The notes: generated from the letters alone by a model not told the origin. A stretch of 64,000 nt of DNA from a bacterium (GCA_021806925.1 JAKAPS010000004.1:1586-65585), one strand, 5' to 3'; positions 31,016 through 40,202 are shown, counted from the first letter of the stretch. Program-made: numbers and translations.

Positions 31016-31067
31016 ATACCTTCCTTGTATTATATCATGTAGGGACACATGAACGCACAAGATAGAG

Positions 31068-31730
31068 TTGAATAAAGTTATAAATAATGATACTATTCAT
31101 ATCTATATGTCTTATGAAAATCACACACACGAACAATATGAACCTATTGGAGTACTAGCTATTTGTGTACATCCTTTTTTTCTTACTCCATTACGAAGTG
31201 ATAAAGTCTATCAAGAATTCCTTGAAAAAATAAGTAAATTTTACCCAACGAAACGAAATAATATTACGGTTATAACTCCTATGGAAAAAATACCTGGCGT
31301 CACAATACCTAATAATAATAATGAACGTTTCTCTTGGGAAGACCTTCAGGCAGAACTTATTGAGAATGCAGAAAAAGATAGATGTCTTCATTATGCATTC
31401 CCTAATACATTGATTATTAAAGATCTAATTGCACCTGGTTCTGATATAAACAACTTTAAAAGGATATTAAATGAAATGAAATTGATTATCACACCAGAAA
31501 CTCAAATCATCCTTGGTGGTGAATATACACAAGTTTGTGTATTAGGCGTTGCATTTCTTCTATTCAATGAGTTTATTCAAATCAATGAAATAAAAATACG
31601 CAGTGATGCATGTGTCCCTTATAAATCACGCTTTACTGGGGAAAACATGCCAATGGATCTACCTGAAAAATGTGGAATAGAATACTCAGAAGATGGTGAA
31701 TATATTCTACTACGTAGAAAAACTACATAA
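31068..31730 (+). CDS. hypothetical protein. A weak isochorismatase-like resemblance is seen in IILGGEYTQVCVLG.
   Basis: 220-aa ORF. The resemblance is weak. Confidence 0.3.
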   Translation: MNKVINNDTIHIYMSYENHTHEQYEPIGVLAICVHPFFLTPLRSDKVYQEFLEKISKFYPTKRNNITVITPMEKIPGVTIPNNNNERFSWEDLQAELIENAEKDRCLHYAFPNTLIIKDLIAPGSDINNFKRILNEMKLIITPETQIILGGEYTQVCVLGVAFLLFNEFIQINEIKIRSDACVPYKSRFTGENMPMDLPEKCGIEYSEDGEYILLRRKTT

Positions 31731-31744
31731 AGAGATTCTTTAAA

Positions 31745-32608
31745 TTATACAAAATGCTTTAGATAGCTAACCCATACGTCATGGTTATATTCTTTACCCA
31801 TCATACTATTACATATTGTATCAGTAATGTCACTAGGCACATTTCTGCTATTCCTTGTAGATAACATTAGTATTAAATTTAAAATTGTAGTTAGGGTTAC
31901 TAACCCTTCTATTATATTTCCTTTACATAAATCTTCATTTACTTTTATTAGGTTCGTTTTTAATATTTCATCATTATAGTTTTCTGTTGTATTGTTCCCT
32001 GATACTAAATTACCAACAAATTTCATAATACAACTTACAAAACCATCATTATCATCTGATATATTAACAAATGGAAAATAATTTATTAACAATTGATATA
32101 TATTTCTTTCTAGATTACTCTGATCAAATTTATTGATCGATATAGTATCTTCTGATTCTTTTAATACATCACTACTTACATATCCGAATTTATGTGCCAG
32201 ATATATTAAAAGTAAATCATTATCTTCTGCTCTCTCTAAATTAATTCCTTTATCACATTTAATTTCATATACTACAGCCCTAGATATATCCTTTTCTATT
32301 TCACTATCGATCACTACTCTACCTGACGTTCTTAGAATTAAGCTTAAACAATTTGATAGAATAACATATTTATGAATTTGATCAATATGATCATTATTCC
32401 ATATATCGTTCGATAATAAATGAGTTAATAATGGACTCCTATCTTCAACAACTCCATGTAAAACCTTAATTAAACTACCAATGTTGCCTGAATCTGAATT
32501 AGAGTATTCTTGTCCAATTAGATTATATTTCTCTAATAGATTATGTAAGGAGAAAGATTCTGCATTATTACATTCATAAGACATTCTACACATAAATTGT
32601 AGACACAA
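31745..32608 (-). CDS. hypothetical protein
   Basis: 287-aa ORF with no motif. Confidence 0.35.
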   Translation of the reverse strand: MCLQFMCRMSYECNNAESFSLHNLLEKYNLIGQEYSNSDSGNIGSLIKVLHGVVEDRSPLLTHLLSNDIWNNDHIDQIHKYVILSNCLSLILRTSGRVVIDSEIEKDISRAVVYEIKCDKGINLERAEDNDLLLIYLAHKFGYVSSDVLKESEDTISINKFDQSNLERNIYQLLINYFPFVNISDDNDGFVSCIMKFVGNLVSGNNTTENYNDEILKTNLIKVNEDLCKGNIIEGLVTLTTILNLILMLSTRNSRNVPSDITDTICNSMMGKEYNHDVWVSYLKHFV

Positions 32609-32718
32609 ATAACACTATTTTGCAACATATACAAAAAAAGACTGATATACTAATTCACTTTGAGTTTCCTTTCTAAATAAACCAAAGCTTTAAAGTATAT
32701 CAGCCTATTAACAAAAAT

Positions 32719-32752
32719 AAGGAACAAATAAATTGTTCCTTATTTAAGTATT
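32719..32752. terminator. hairpin aaataaggaacaa-ataaa-ttgttccttattt downstream of surface-protein paralog 1
   Basis: 13-bp stem with a T-run following on the minus strand. An identical copy lies at 37817-37852. Confidence 0.55.
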
Positions 32753-32760
32753 AATCAAAT

Positions 32761-33762
32761 TTACTTTACATTAAATACTACTCCAAGTTCTGGACCACAG
32801 TATCCATTTGCACAATCATGATTTGTTGATAAATAATATCCGTAACTATTTGCATCTACTTGATACTCTCCAGTTGAATTAAATGTAAATTCACTTACTA
32901 TTTGGAATGTGTTACCAGCAGAATATTTAGGATTATTCTTAGTTGCAATATATTGTATTGTACGTTGATATGGCGCAAAGTAGTTATATTCACCACTTGG
33001 AACTTTACTATTTAATTCATATGGAGTTTGACTTCCATTGGAGTTTATTTCATCTGCACTTATTCCTATATATTCATCTGGTATGTTTCTAACATGATTT
33101 ACTGTGTAGTCAGCTTTAACATCTAATACTGTTCCTGCAGGTATACTTATAGTATTCCCTTTTACACATATTATACTAGCTACTGGGTAACCTTGGTTAT
33201 AAACAGCATCAAAAACCATCTTTACACTGTAGTAATAATAATTATTAGATACTGTATAGGTTGAAGGACACTGTAATCCTGTTGGTGTTGGTGTCGGTGT
33301 TGCTACTGTAGGACTTACTGTTGGCGTTGATGTCGGTGTTCCTGTAGGACTTACTGTTGGTGTTGGCGTCGGTGTTGCTACTGTAGGACTTACTGTTGGT
33401 GTTGGCGTACTAGAAGTAGTACAAACTTCTTCTCGGTTTATTAATTGGCAGGAATTATTTGTTTTTGTTGGTGCAGTATTTCCTGTACTAGTTCCACCAC
33501 TTGTATTTGCACTTGAAAATACACTTCTGTCTCCACCGGAAACTCCGCTTGATATATTATTATATTGGGTTAAATGGTTTCTACCGTAATTACCCCCCAT
33601 AGAGAATATTCCTCTACTCTCTACGTTATTAATATAATTTCTGTTTAGAATCAAGAATGCAAAAACTGACAAAAGAGAAACAAAAGCAATTGATAATATC
33701 AATCCTTTCTTTAAACCTCCCTTTTCTTCAGTATCAATCTTTTTTATATTTATTGAACCCAT
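32761..33762 (-). CDS. membrane-anchored surface protein, paralog 1. It has an N-terminal signal anchor, a PT-rich mucin-like linker and a conserved roughly 130-aa C-terminal domain with a CxxxxC pair.
   Basis: The likely true start is the ATG (MGSINIKK) 6 nt after a consensus -10. The TTG start used by the track lies inside the -35. Its N- and C-termini are near-identical to 37863-38828. Confidence 0.6.
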   Translation of the reverse strand: MGSINIKKIDTEEKGGLKKGLILSIAFVSLLSVFAFLILNRNYINNVESRGIFSMGGNYGRNHLTQYNNISSGVSGGDRSVFSSANTSGGTSTGNTAPTKTNNSCQLINREEVCTTSSTPTPTVSPTVATPTPTPTVSPTGTPTSTPTVSPTVATPTPTPTGLQCPSTYTVSNNYYYYSVKMVFDAVYNQGYPVASIICVKGNTISIPAGTVLDVKADYTVNHVRNIPDEYIGISADEINSNGSQTPYELNSKVPSGEYNYFAPYQRTIQYIATKNNPKYSAGNTFQIVSEFTFNSTGEYQVDANSYGYYLSTNHDCANGYCGPELGVVFNVK

Positions 33763-33798
33763 AACTATATTATAGCACCCATAGTATAATAATGTCAA
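33763..33798 (-). promoter_or_regulatory. consensus sigma70-type promoter (TTGACA, 18 bp, TATAAT, 6 nt, ATG). The mRNA is leaderless or near-leaderless.
   Basis: Read directly on the minus strand. An identical copy sits upstream of paralog 2. Confidence 0.55.
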
Positions 33799-33806
33799 GG
33801 AGCTGA

Positions 33807-34745
33807 TTACTGCTTAAGCCTTTGTATAAATTCATTAGGAATATCAAGGGAAAATGAGTATTCCTTTCCTCTATATATAAATGTCAGACTTTTTGCAAGT
33901 AGATACATTCGTTTTTCATTTTTGGTCCCAGAATAGAGCTTATCACCTAATATAGGAGTCCCTAAGTATTTGAGATGAAGTCTAATTTGATGTGTTCTAC
34001 CAGTTTTCGGAGCTATTTTGAAAAGAATCATGTTATTCTTTATCTCGATTGGTGATATATATGATAGAGAATACTTAGATACTCTAAGTTTATTAGTAGA
34101 AAACATCATTTTTCTATACTCCCTTGGATTATGGGCTACATATCCCTCCACTTTAAATTCATTTTTATCACCATTTATATCTACAAATTTCCTTTCTATT
34201 GATAGCGATGAAGGTATTCCTATTGCAAGGTATTCCTTATACACCTCTCGTTTTGCAAACAACTCCATCAGCTCTCTTTGAGATTCATAGTTTTTAGCAA
34301 TTAAAAGTAACCCACTTGTATCTTTATCTATTCTATGAACAATATATGGTCTAGTTGTTACTGATTTTGGGAAAGACACGTCATTTAATCCGTATTTATA
34401 TACAAGCCAGTTAAGAACTGTATTTGCTCTTTCATTTTTAGATGTATGAACACTTACTCCTACTGGTTTATCTATGACCAGAAAATCATCATTTTCAAAA
34501 ATAATAGGAATATCCATATTTGCAGGTTCAATTGTTTTAAAACTGTTTTTAATTGATTCATTCTGTTGTAGAACAGCATCCAAAGTATTCTCTTGTATAT
34601 AGACTATATCACTGCTTCTTGTCATTTTTGAAGGGTTAGTAACAAATGTATTATTTAATTCAACCTTCCCATCACGGATAAGATGGAGTATTTGAGTTCT
34701 GGAAATTTGCGGATATTTTAAACTTGCGAGTTTATCGAATCTCAT
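33807..34745 (-). CDS. RluA-family pseudouridine synthase with an N-terminal S4-like domain
   Basis: HRIDKDTSGLLLIAKN catalytic-Asp motif. Confidence 0.85.
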   Translation of the reverse strand: MRFDKLASLKYPQISRTQILHLIRDGKVELNNTFVTNPSKMTRSSDIVYIQENTLDAVLQQNESIKNSFKTIEPANMDIPIIFENDDFLVIDKPVGVSVHTSKNERANTVLNWLVYKYGLNDVSFPKSVTTRPYIVHRIDKDTSGLLLIAKNYESQRELMELFAKREVYKEYLAIGIPSSLSIERKFVDINGDKNEFKVEGYVAHNPREYRKMMFSTNKLRVSKYSLSYISPIEIKNNMILFKIAPKTGRTHQIRLHLKYLGTPILGDKLYSGTKNEKRMYLLAKSLTFIYRGKEYSFSLDIPNEFIQRLKQ

Positions 34746-35106
34746 TTTCGATTATCTTCTCGCATTCGATGCAATAAATTATACTTGGATCTGCTTCAAG
34801 ACGCTCTTTACCTATGTCTTTACCACATTTTCTACACTTCCCGTATTTCTTTGTTTTTATCAATTTTAAAGAATACCTTATATTCTTCAGGTATCTTTTT
34901 AGGATTGACTCACTTTCAATATTTTCAAGTCTTTTCTGTTCACCATCCTGGCTAGCAGCAGGGTCAATATCCTCAAGATATTTATCTGTATCCTTGAGAT
35001 TTATTTCATTTTCAATCCTTTCAATACTATCTTCAAGAACTTCCTCTTCATTCTTAAGCTTCTTCTTATTTCTCTTAATTAAATCACTAAATTTTATCAT
35101 AATCAC
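34732..35106 (-). CDS. DksA/TraR-family C4 zinc-finger protein
   Basis: C-terminal CRKCGKDI...CIECE four-Cys finger after an acidic coiled-coil region. Confidence 0.55.
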   Translation of the reverse strand: MIMIKFSDLIKRNKKKLKNEEEVLEDSIERIENEINLKDTDKYLEDIDPAASQDGEQKRLENIESESILKRYLKNIRYSLKLIKTKKYGKCRKCGKDIGKERLEADPSIIYCIECEKIIENEIR

Positions 35107-35122
35107 TCTATTGTATATTTTA

Positions 35123-35800
35123 CTACTTTTTTATTTCAAATGTAAAAGCAGATAATTTTCCTACCCTTCTTCCAAATAGATCAAAAAGAGCTGGAAAGTG
35201 TATAAGATCATTCCTATACATAAAGTATGTAATACACGACATATAAACAACAGCCGTTGATGCGTAATATATTGTATTCAAACTATATATATTTGATATT
35301 AATATAGTTGAGTTATACAGAATGTTTACTAGAAAATATATGAATAAGGAATAGTAAAACCATTTTATGTTTTTGTAAAGAACGACTAGTGATATATATA
35401 TCACACCATAGAATAACAGGAAGTGCCATTCTGTAAGCACAAATTTAGAAATATTTATATGTGAGACAAGATACATACATGTAATAGAGAAGAAAATATT
35501 TAATAGTATGTACGTTCTTAATATCTCAAGTACAAATACAGGTGTGAATTTAACATAACTTAATTTAAACACAAGAATTGCAGTTGGTATAAGCAATAGA
35601 ACTGTCAAAGGGAAAAAAATATCAGGTGAATATATGAAAGGGATTGCTGGTATTATTGATATGAATATTATCCTAAAGAATATATCAAAACTATCGATTT
35701 TATCATAATTGTATTTAAAGCATTTTACATAAAGACTAAATGATGAAAATATTAATGAGAATATAAAGAAACCAAAATCTACTAATATATTATCTATCAT
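35123..35800 (-). CDS. polytopic membrane protein, hypothetical
   Basis: 225 aa with about 7 TM helices. Confidence 0.4.
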   Translation of the reverse strand: MIDNILVDFGFFIFSLIFSSFSLYVKCFKYNYDKIDSFDIFFRIIFISIIPAIPFIYSPDIFFPLTVLLLIPTAILVFKLSYVKFTPVFVLEILRTYILLNIFFSITCMYLVSHINISKFVLTEWHFLLFYGVIYISLVVLYKNIKWFYYSLFIYFLVNILYNSTILISNIYSLNTIYYASTAVVYMSCITYFMYRNDLIHFPALFDLFGRRVGKLSAFTFEIKK

Positions 35801-35831
35801 TTATTTTCTTAACATGATAGCCTTAAATAAA

Positions 35832-37073
35832 TCAGCTTGTCAAAATAGTTTCAAATATATCATTAGAAGCGATACTTTTAAAATATTCTTTAATTTTTAC
35901 ACTCTTAATTTTACTAATTGTGGAAATTATATCAACGTAATTATTTACTTTATCTTCATAATAGTAGTCATAGCAATATAGCTTATTCATCACACCTGGA
36001 TTATTTATCTCTTTTTTATATATTGATTTTAGGTACTTAACTCCCCTATTGATATCTATGCCTTCCCCATTAGATATCTTCTCTAGTGAATTCCTTATTT
36101 CAGCTATAACTTTTTTAACATTTCTTTTGGTAACTGAAGAATATATATAGCAGATTGAAAAATCATGAAAATAAAATACTTCATAATCAATTGAGTAAAC
36201 CATACCAGAATTTTCCCTTAGAGTTTGCCATAGGTATGAACTTGTTCCACCTAATAATATACTCATACCTGCTTCAAGTAAAAGTGATTCATTTGATCCA
36301 TATCGTGGACCTATAAATCCAACCGACAGAAATGTTTCTGATTTGCTCTTTTTTACTACCTTTTTGTATAGTGTTTTATTTGTACTATGACCTATATCCG
36401 TATACTTCGGAAGTGCTCTTTTACGCTGCACATTGTTTATATTATGCACATCTTTAACATTGTTAAATACTTGTCTGTATATTGAAGTATATGACGCCTT
36501 TGATGTTATTGAAATAATCAGATTCTCAGGAACACATATTTTCTTTATAAATCTTCTAACTTGCCCAATGGTTATATTATCTTCGTTCCCTATGATATCC
36601 CTTGATATTTCTGGATAGTTATACAATATTTGCCCATACACTAAGTCAGATAGTTCTTTTTCTGAATCATATCCATTACTAATTCTTTCCTCATGAATGA
36701 CCTTCTTTTCACTTTCAAAATCTTTCTTACTAAATTTGTTTCTAAAAATTAAATCTAGAACTATATCTATCAATTCACATATCTTTTTTGAATTAATCTC
36801 TGCTGTTATTTCAATAAATTCTGCTGAGGTATAGGCATTTAACTCACCCTCATTTTCATCAAGAAATTTACTTATTGAAAATTGAGAATAATTTACACTT
36901 CCCTTTAGAATTATATGTTCAACAAAATGAGACAACCCTATGATTTTATCATCCTTTGCACCATGCCTAATTACAATATGTAAGTATGAAGTATCATTAT
37001 TACTTTGGTGATAATTTAATTTGCTATATTTATTTACTAATAGAGTCCCATTTTTTATATCAAATACTTTCAT
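35832..37073 (-). CDS. M16-family (pitrilysin/insulinase-like) zinc peptidase
   Basis: Inverted zinc motif HFVEHIILKGS (HxxEH). Confidence 0.75.
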   Translation of the reverse strand: MKVFDIKNGTLLVNKYSKLNYHQSNNDTSYLHIVIRHGAKDDKIIGLSHFVEHIILKGSVNYSQFSISKFLDENEGELNAYTSAEFIEITAEINSKKICELIDIVLDLIFRNKFSKKDFESEKKVIHEERISNGYDSEKELSDLVYGQILYNYPEISRDIIGNEDNITIGQVRRFIKKICVPENLIISITSKASYTSIYRQVFNNVKDVHNINNVQRKRALPKYTDIGHSTNKTLYKKVVKKSKSETFLSVGFIGPRYGSNESLLLEAGMSILLGGTSSYLWQTLRENSGMVYSIDYEVFYFHDFSICYIYSSVTKRNVKKVIAEIRNSLEKISNGEGIDINRGVKYLKSIYKKEINNPGVMNKLYCYDYYYEDKVNNYVDIISTISKIKSVKIKEYFKSIASNDIFETILTS

Positions 37074-37621
37074 TTTGACTCTCTGCCAACATATTCCCCA
37101 TTTTCTGTATTTACACGTACAACTTCACCCTGTTTTACAAAAAGCGGAACTTGAATAATAAGGCCAGTTTCTAACTCTGCGGGTTTTGTAGGATTACTTG
37201 ATGAATTTCCTTTAACCCCCTCTTCAGTATCTTTTACAGTAAGTTCAACAATCTTAGGAATATCAACGCTTACAAGTTTTCCATCAATACTCATTCCAAT
37301 TACTTTTTCACCGTTCTTCAGGTATTTTATATCATCCCCTATATCAACAGAAACCTGTTCAAATGACTCAATATCCATAAAATACCCAATTGAGTCTTCT
37401 GAATATATAAACTGATAATTAGATTTACTCACATCTGCATCATCAAATTTATCATTATTACTGAAGCTTTTATCAACAATTGACAATGTTTTCAAGTTTT
37501 TTACACGTACCTTTATTACGGCCCCTCCCCTACCCATAGCTATATGATCATACTTTAAGACAATAAATGTATCCTTGTCCATCTTAAATACTGCACCTGG
37601 TTTTAAATCTGTTGCTAACAT
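37070..37621 (-). CDS. efp: elongation factor P
   Basis: The N-terminus LKPGAVFKMDKDTFIVLKYDHIAMGRGGAVIKVRVKNLKT is characteristic, including the KOW and conserved-loop region. Confidence 0.9.
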   Translation of the reverse strand: MLATDLKPGAVFKMDKDTFIVLKYDHIAMGRGGAVIKVRVKNLKTLSIVDKSFSNNDKFDDADVSKSNYQFIYSEDSIGYFMDIESFEQVSVDIGDDIKYLKNGEKVIGMSIDGKLVSVDIPKIVELTVKDTEEGVKGNSSSNPTKPAELETGLIIQVPLFVKQGEVVRVNTENGEYVGRESK

Positions 37622-37816
37622 AACTTTTTGGATTATATATTAAAAGAAGGAAGAATGGAAGAAACAAAACACAAGTATATATAGATGAATAATAAAGATA
37701 AGAGAAAACAAATGCTGTATGCAGTATGTAACAAAAAAGACTGACATACTAATTCCCTTTGAGTTTCCTTTCTAAATAAACCAAAGCTTTAAAGTATATC
37801 AGTCTATTAACAGAAA

Positions 37817-37852
37817 TAAGGAACAATATATATCTTGTTCCTTATTTGAGTA
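37817..37852. terminator. hairpin identical to 32719-32752, downstream of surface-protein paralog 2
   Basis: Same inverted repeat, aaataaggaacaa...ttgttccttattt. Confidence 0.55.
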
Positions 37853-37862
37853 TTAATCTTAT

Positions 37863-38828
37863 TTACTGTACATTAAATACTATTCCAAGTTCTGGACCAC
37901 AGTATCCATTTGCACAATCATTATTTGTTGACAAATAATATCCATAACTATTTGCATCTATTTGATATTCGCCAGTTGAACCAAATATAAATTCGCTTGC
38001 TATCTGGAATGTGTTACCAGCAGAATATTTAGGATTATTCTTTGTTGCAATATATTGTATTGTACGTTGGTATGGTGCAAAATTTCTATATTCACTACCA
38101 GGTACCTTACTATTTAATTCGTATGGTGTCTGACTTCCATTTAGATTTATTTCATCTGCACTTATTCCTATATATTCATCAGATATATTTCTTGTATGAT
38201 TTATTGTGTAATATGCTTCAACATCAACAGTTGATCCTACTGGAATACTTATTTTAGTTCCATTAACACATATTCCATTTTTATCAGTTAATATTAATTT
38301 TACTGAATAGAAATAATTATTATCTGCATTAGTCATAATGTATGTTTCACTGCATTGTATAGCATTACTTGTTTTTTTACTTTGTATTTTATTAATTAGA
38401 TTTGAAAGATTATTACCAGCGTTACTGAAAATTTTATTTATATTTTGTGTGCCTTGTCCTTGTGACATTTTTACTGGTGTAGGATTACAATCTAATAATC
38501 TAACCAATACTATTGGAAGTGGGCATTTATTATTTGTAACAAAATTATTATTTAATGTTGTTTGTTGTTTCTTAGTAGAATTATCAGATGGTTTATAGTC
38601 AGTCCTTGAATTATATGTAACAACAGATGATATACCATTCGAGTTCCTACTATAATTACCACCCATAGAGAATACTCCCCTACTCTCTACATTGGATATA
38701 TAGTTTCTGTTTAATACTAGGAACGTAAATACTGATAAAAGAGAAACAAAAGCAATTGATAATATCAATCCTTTCTTTAAACCTCTCTTTTCTTCAGTAT
38801 CAATTTTTTTTATATCTATTGAACTCAT
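37863..38828 (-). CDS. membrane-anchored surface protein, paralog 2. It has the same N-terminal anchor and C-terminal domain as paralog 1 but a different stalk (N/S/T/K-rich, no PT repeat).
   Basis: Direct protein comparison with 32761-33762. The ATG is MSSIDIKK after an identical promoter. Confidence 0.6.
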   Translation of the reverse strand: MSSIDIKKIDTEEKRGLKKGLILSIAFVSLLSVFTFLVLNRNYISNVESRGVFSMGGNYSRNSNGISSVVTYNSRTDYKPSDNSTKKQQTTLNNNFVTNNKCPLPIVLVRLLDCNPTPVKMSQGQGTQNINKIFSNAGNNLSNLINKIQSKKTSNAIQCSETYIMTNADNNYFYSVKLILTDKNGICVNGTKISIPVGSTVDVEAYYTINHTRNISDEYIGISADEINLNGSQTPYELNSKVPGSEYRNFAPYQRTIQYIATKNNPKYSAGNTFQIASEFIFGSTGEYQIDANSYGYYLSTNNDCANGYCGPELGIVFNVQ

Positions 38829-38864
38829 AACTATATTATAGCACCTATAATATAATAATGTCAA
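38829..38864 (-). promoter_or_regulatory. consensus sigma70-type promoter, a duplicate copy (TTGACA, 18 bp, TATAAT, 6 nt, ATG)
   Basis: Sequence identical to 33763-33798 except for one spacer base. Confidence 0.55.
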
Positions 38865-38968
38865 GGAGCTGATTACTGCTTAAGCCTTTGTATAAATTCA
38901 TTGGGAATATCCCAGAATACTTACTGCAGTAGATATTGACAAATATATATATATAGTAACATTATGGT

Positions 38969-39136
38969 ATGAACGAAAATCAATATGAACCCTGTGAATC
39001 TGAAGATAGAAAAACTATTAGTAAAGTATCTAGTGCATGTTCTAATGCTGGTATGAACGAAAATCAATATGAACCCTGTGAATCTGAAGATAGAAAAACT
39101 ATTAGTAAAGTATTTAGTGCATGTTCTGATAAATGT
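38969..39136 (+). repeat. two near-identical 84-bp tandem copies, in frame
   Basis: Copy 1 spans 38969-39052 and copy 2 spans 39053-39136. They differ only in the last roughly 10 bp. Confidence 0.85.
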
Positions 39137-39385
39137 AAAAAAATTATTAGTGAACATCCAAAAACTAGTTTTGTGCTAAGTGGTCTCGCGTTAGGTACAC
39201 TGTATGTGCTTTCAACACATTTTCCATCTGTAATTGTTGCAAATCTTATATCTACTGGATTTTTCTTTAGAGCTTTTTTTGATCCAAGAGATTGGAGGAA
39301 AATAAATAAAAAAAAGATAAATATTTATACTATATTTCACTTTGTTCTAATTTTATTTATCCTTAAGTTTGTTCACCTCCATTGA
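38969..39385 (+). CDS. small membrane protein whose N-terminal 28 aa is tandemly duplicated
   Basis: MNENQYEPCESEDRKTISKV(S/F)SACS occurs twice, then a TM segment. The DNA carries an 84-bp direct tandem repeat. Confidence 0.45.
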   Translation: MNENQYEPCESEDRKTISKVSSACSNAGMNENQYEPCESEDRKTISKVFSACSDKCKKIISEHPKTSFVLSGLALGTLYVLSTHFPSVIVANLISTGFFFRAFFDPRDWRKINKKKINIYTIFHFVLILFILKFVHLH

Positions 39386-39543
39386 TAATAGCTTCGTATA
39401 GAGTTCAAAACCGATAGAATTTACGTTACCATGCTGTTTTCTATGGAAAGAGGTTACCTGCCCCCTTATTTCAAGATCCTTTACTGCCATATTAAATCCT
39501 GAACCAAGTTCATCATCATGTGTTAGAATATACATAGCAAAAT

Positions 39544-40074
39544 ATGATAAACAAAATAGAACAATACAAGAAGGTTTTATATTTACTAGATAAAAACAAT
39601 GTTGAATATATTCAATATGAACATATGCCTGCTTTAACATATGAAGATTTATTAAAGGTACAGAAGGAAACTGGTTTCTATGGAAGTGAAACAAAATCCA
39701 TGGCTTTAAATATAGGGTCTTCTCAGTTTATAGTTTGCAATACATTGCAAGGTAAAAGATTAAATATTAATAAAATAAAGGAGACTATAAATCAGTCTAG
39801 GAAAGACTTACACCTTAATGAGATAAAAAGCATTAAACTTGCAACAAAAGAAGAACTTGAAGAACACTTTGGTGCTGAACCTGGTTGTATGTACCCTTTT
39901 GGATTCTCAAAGAATATCGATATATTTGTTGATGAAACCATATTTCAAACAGAATGGTTACTATTTAGCCCAGTTCTTCCAACAAGAACAATACAGGCCA
40001 AGGCAATTGATTTGAAGAAAGTGTATGATAATATAGGAAATAGAGTCACTTATGTAAATGATTTTACATTATAA
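39544..40074 (+). CDS. YbaK/ProX-family aminoacyl-tRNA deacylase (trans-editing) domain protein
   Basis: The size, SMALNIG and the C-terminal GAEPGCMYPFG (the GxxSPxG region) fit the family. The overlapping minus-strand ORF 39353-39694 is judged spurious. Confidence 0.5.
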   Translation: MINKIEQYKKVLYLLDKNNVEYIQYEHMPALTYEDLLKVQKETGFYGSETKSMALNIGSSQFIVCNTLQGKRLNINKIKETINQSRKDLHLNEIKSIKLATKEELEEHFGAEPGCMYPFGFSKNIDIFVDETIFQTEWLLFSPVLPTRTIQAKAIDLKKVYDNIGNRVTYVNDFTL

Positions 40075-40118
40075 CTGAGTGACGAATAATACCCCTTTTT
40101 GTGTTTAAATATATAGTA

Positions 40119-40202
40119 TGCCGAGGAAGAGAGTCGAACTCTTATGAAGTCACCTTCGCTGGATTTTGAGTCCAGTGCGTCTGCCAGTTCCGCCACCTCG
40201 GC
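40119..40202 (-). tRNA. tRNA-Leu (anticodon CAA), type II with a long variable arm and no encoded CCA
   Basis: The reverse complement folds into a cloverleaf. The acceptor pairs GCCGAGG/CCTCGGC. The anticodon loop is CTCAAAA. The T-loop is TTCGACT. The discriminator is A. Confidence 0.85.

Noticed and set aside
30146-31060. Long N-terminal extension on YebC (track start MCVHVSLHDIIQGRY...)
   Set aside because: The canonical YebC N-terminus MSGHNKWSQIKRKKG begins at the internal Met at 31015. The upstream 15 codons are probably not translated.
38921-39157. 78-aa minus-strand ORF with an internal repeat
   Set aside because: It is the mirror image of the 84-bp tandem duplication within the plus-strand small membrane-protein gene.
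39353-39694. 113-aa minus-strand ORF overlapping the start of the YbaK-like gene
   Set aside because: It overlaps a better-supported plus-strand gene with recognisable YbaK motifs. It is a likely antisense artefact.
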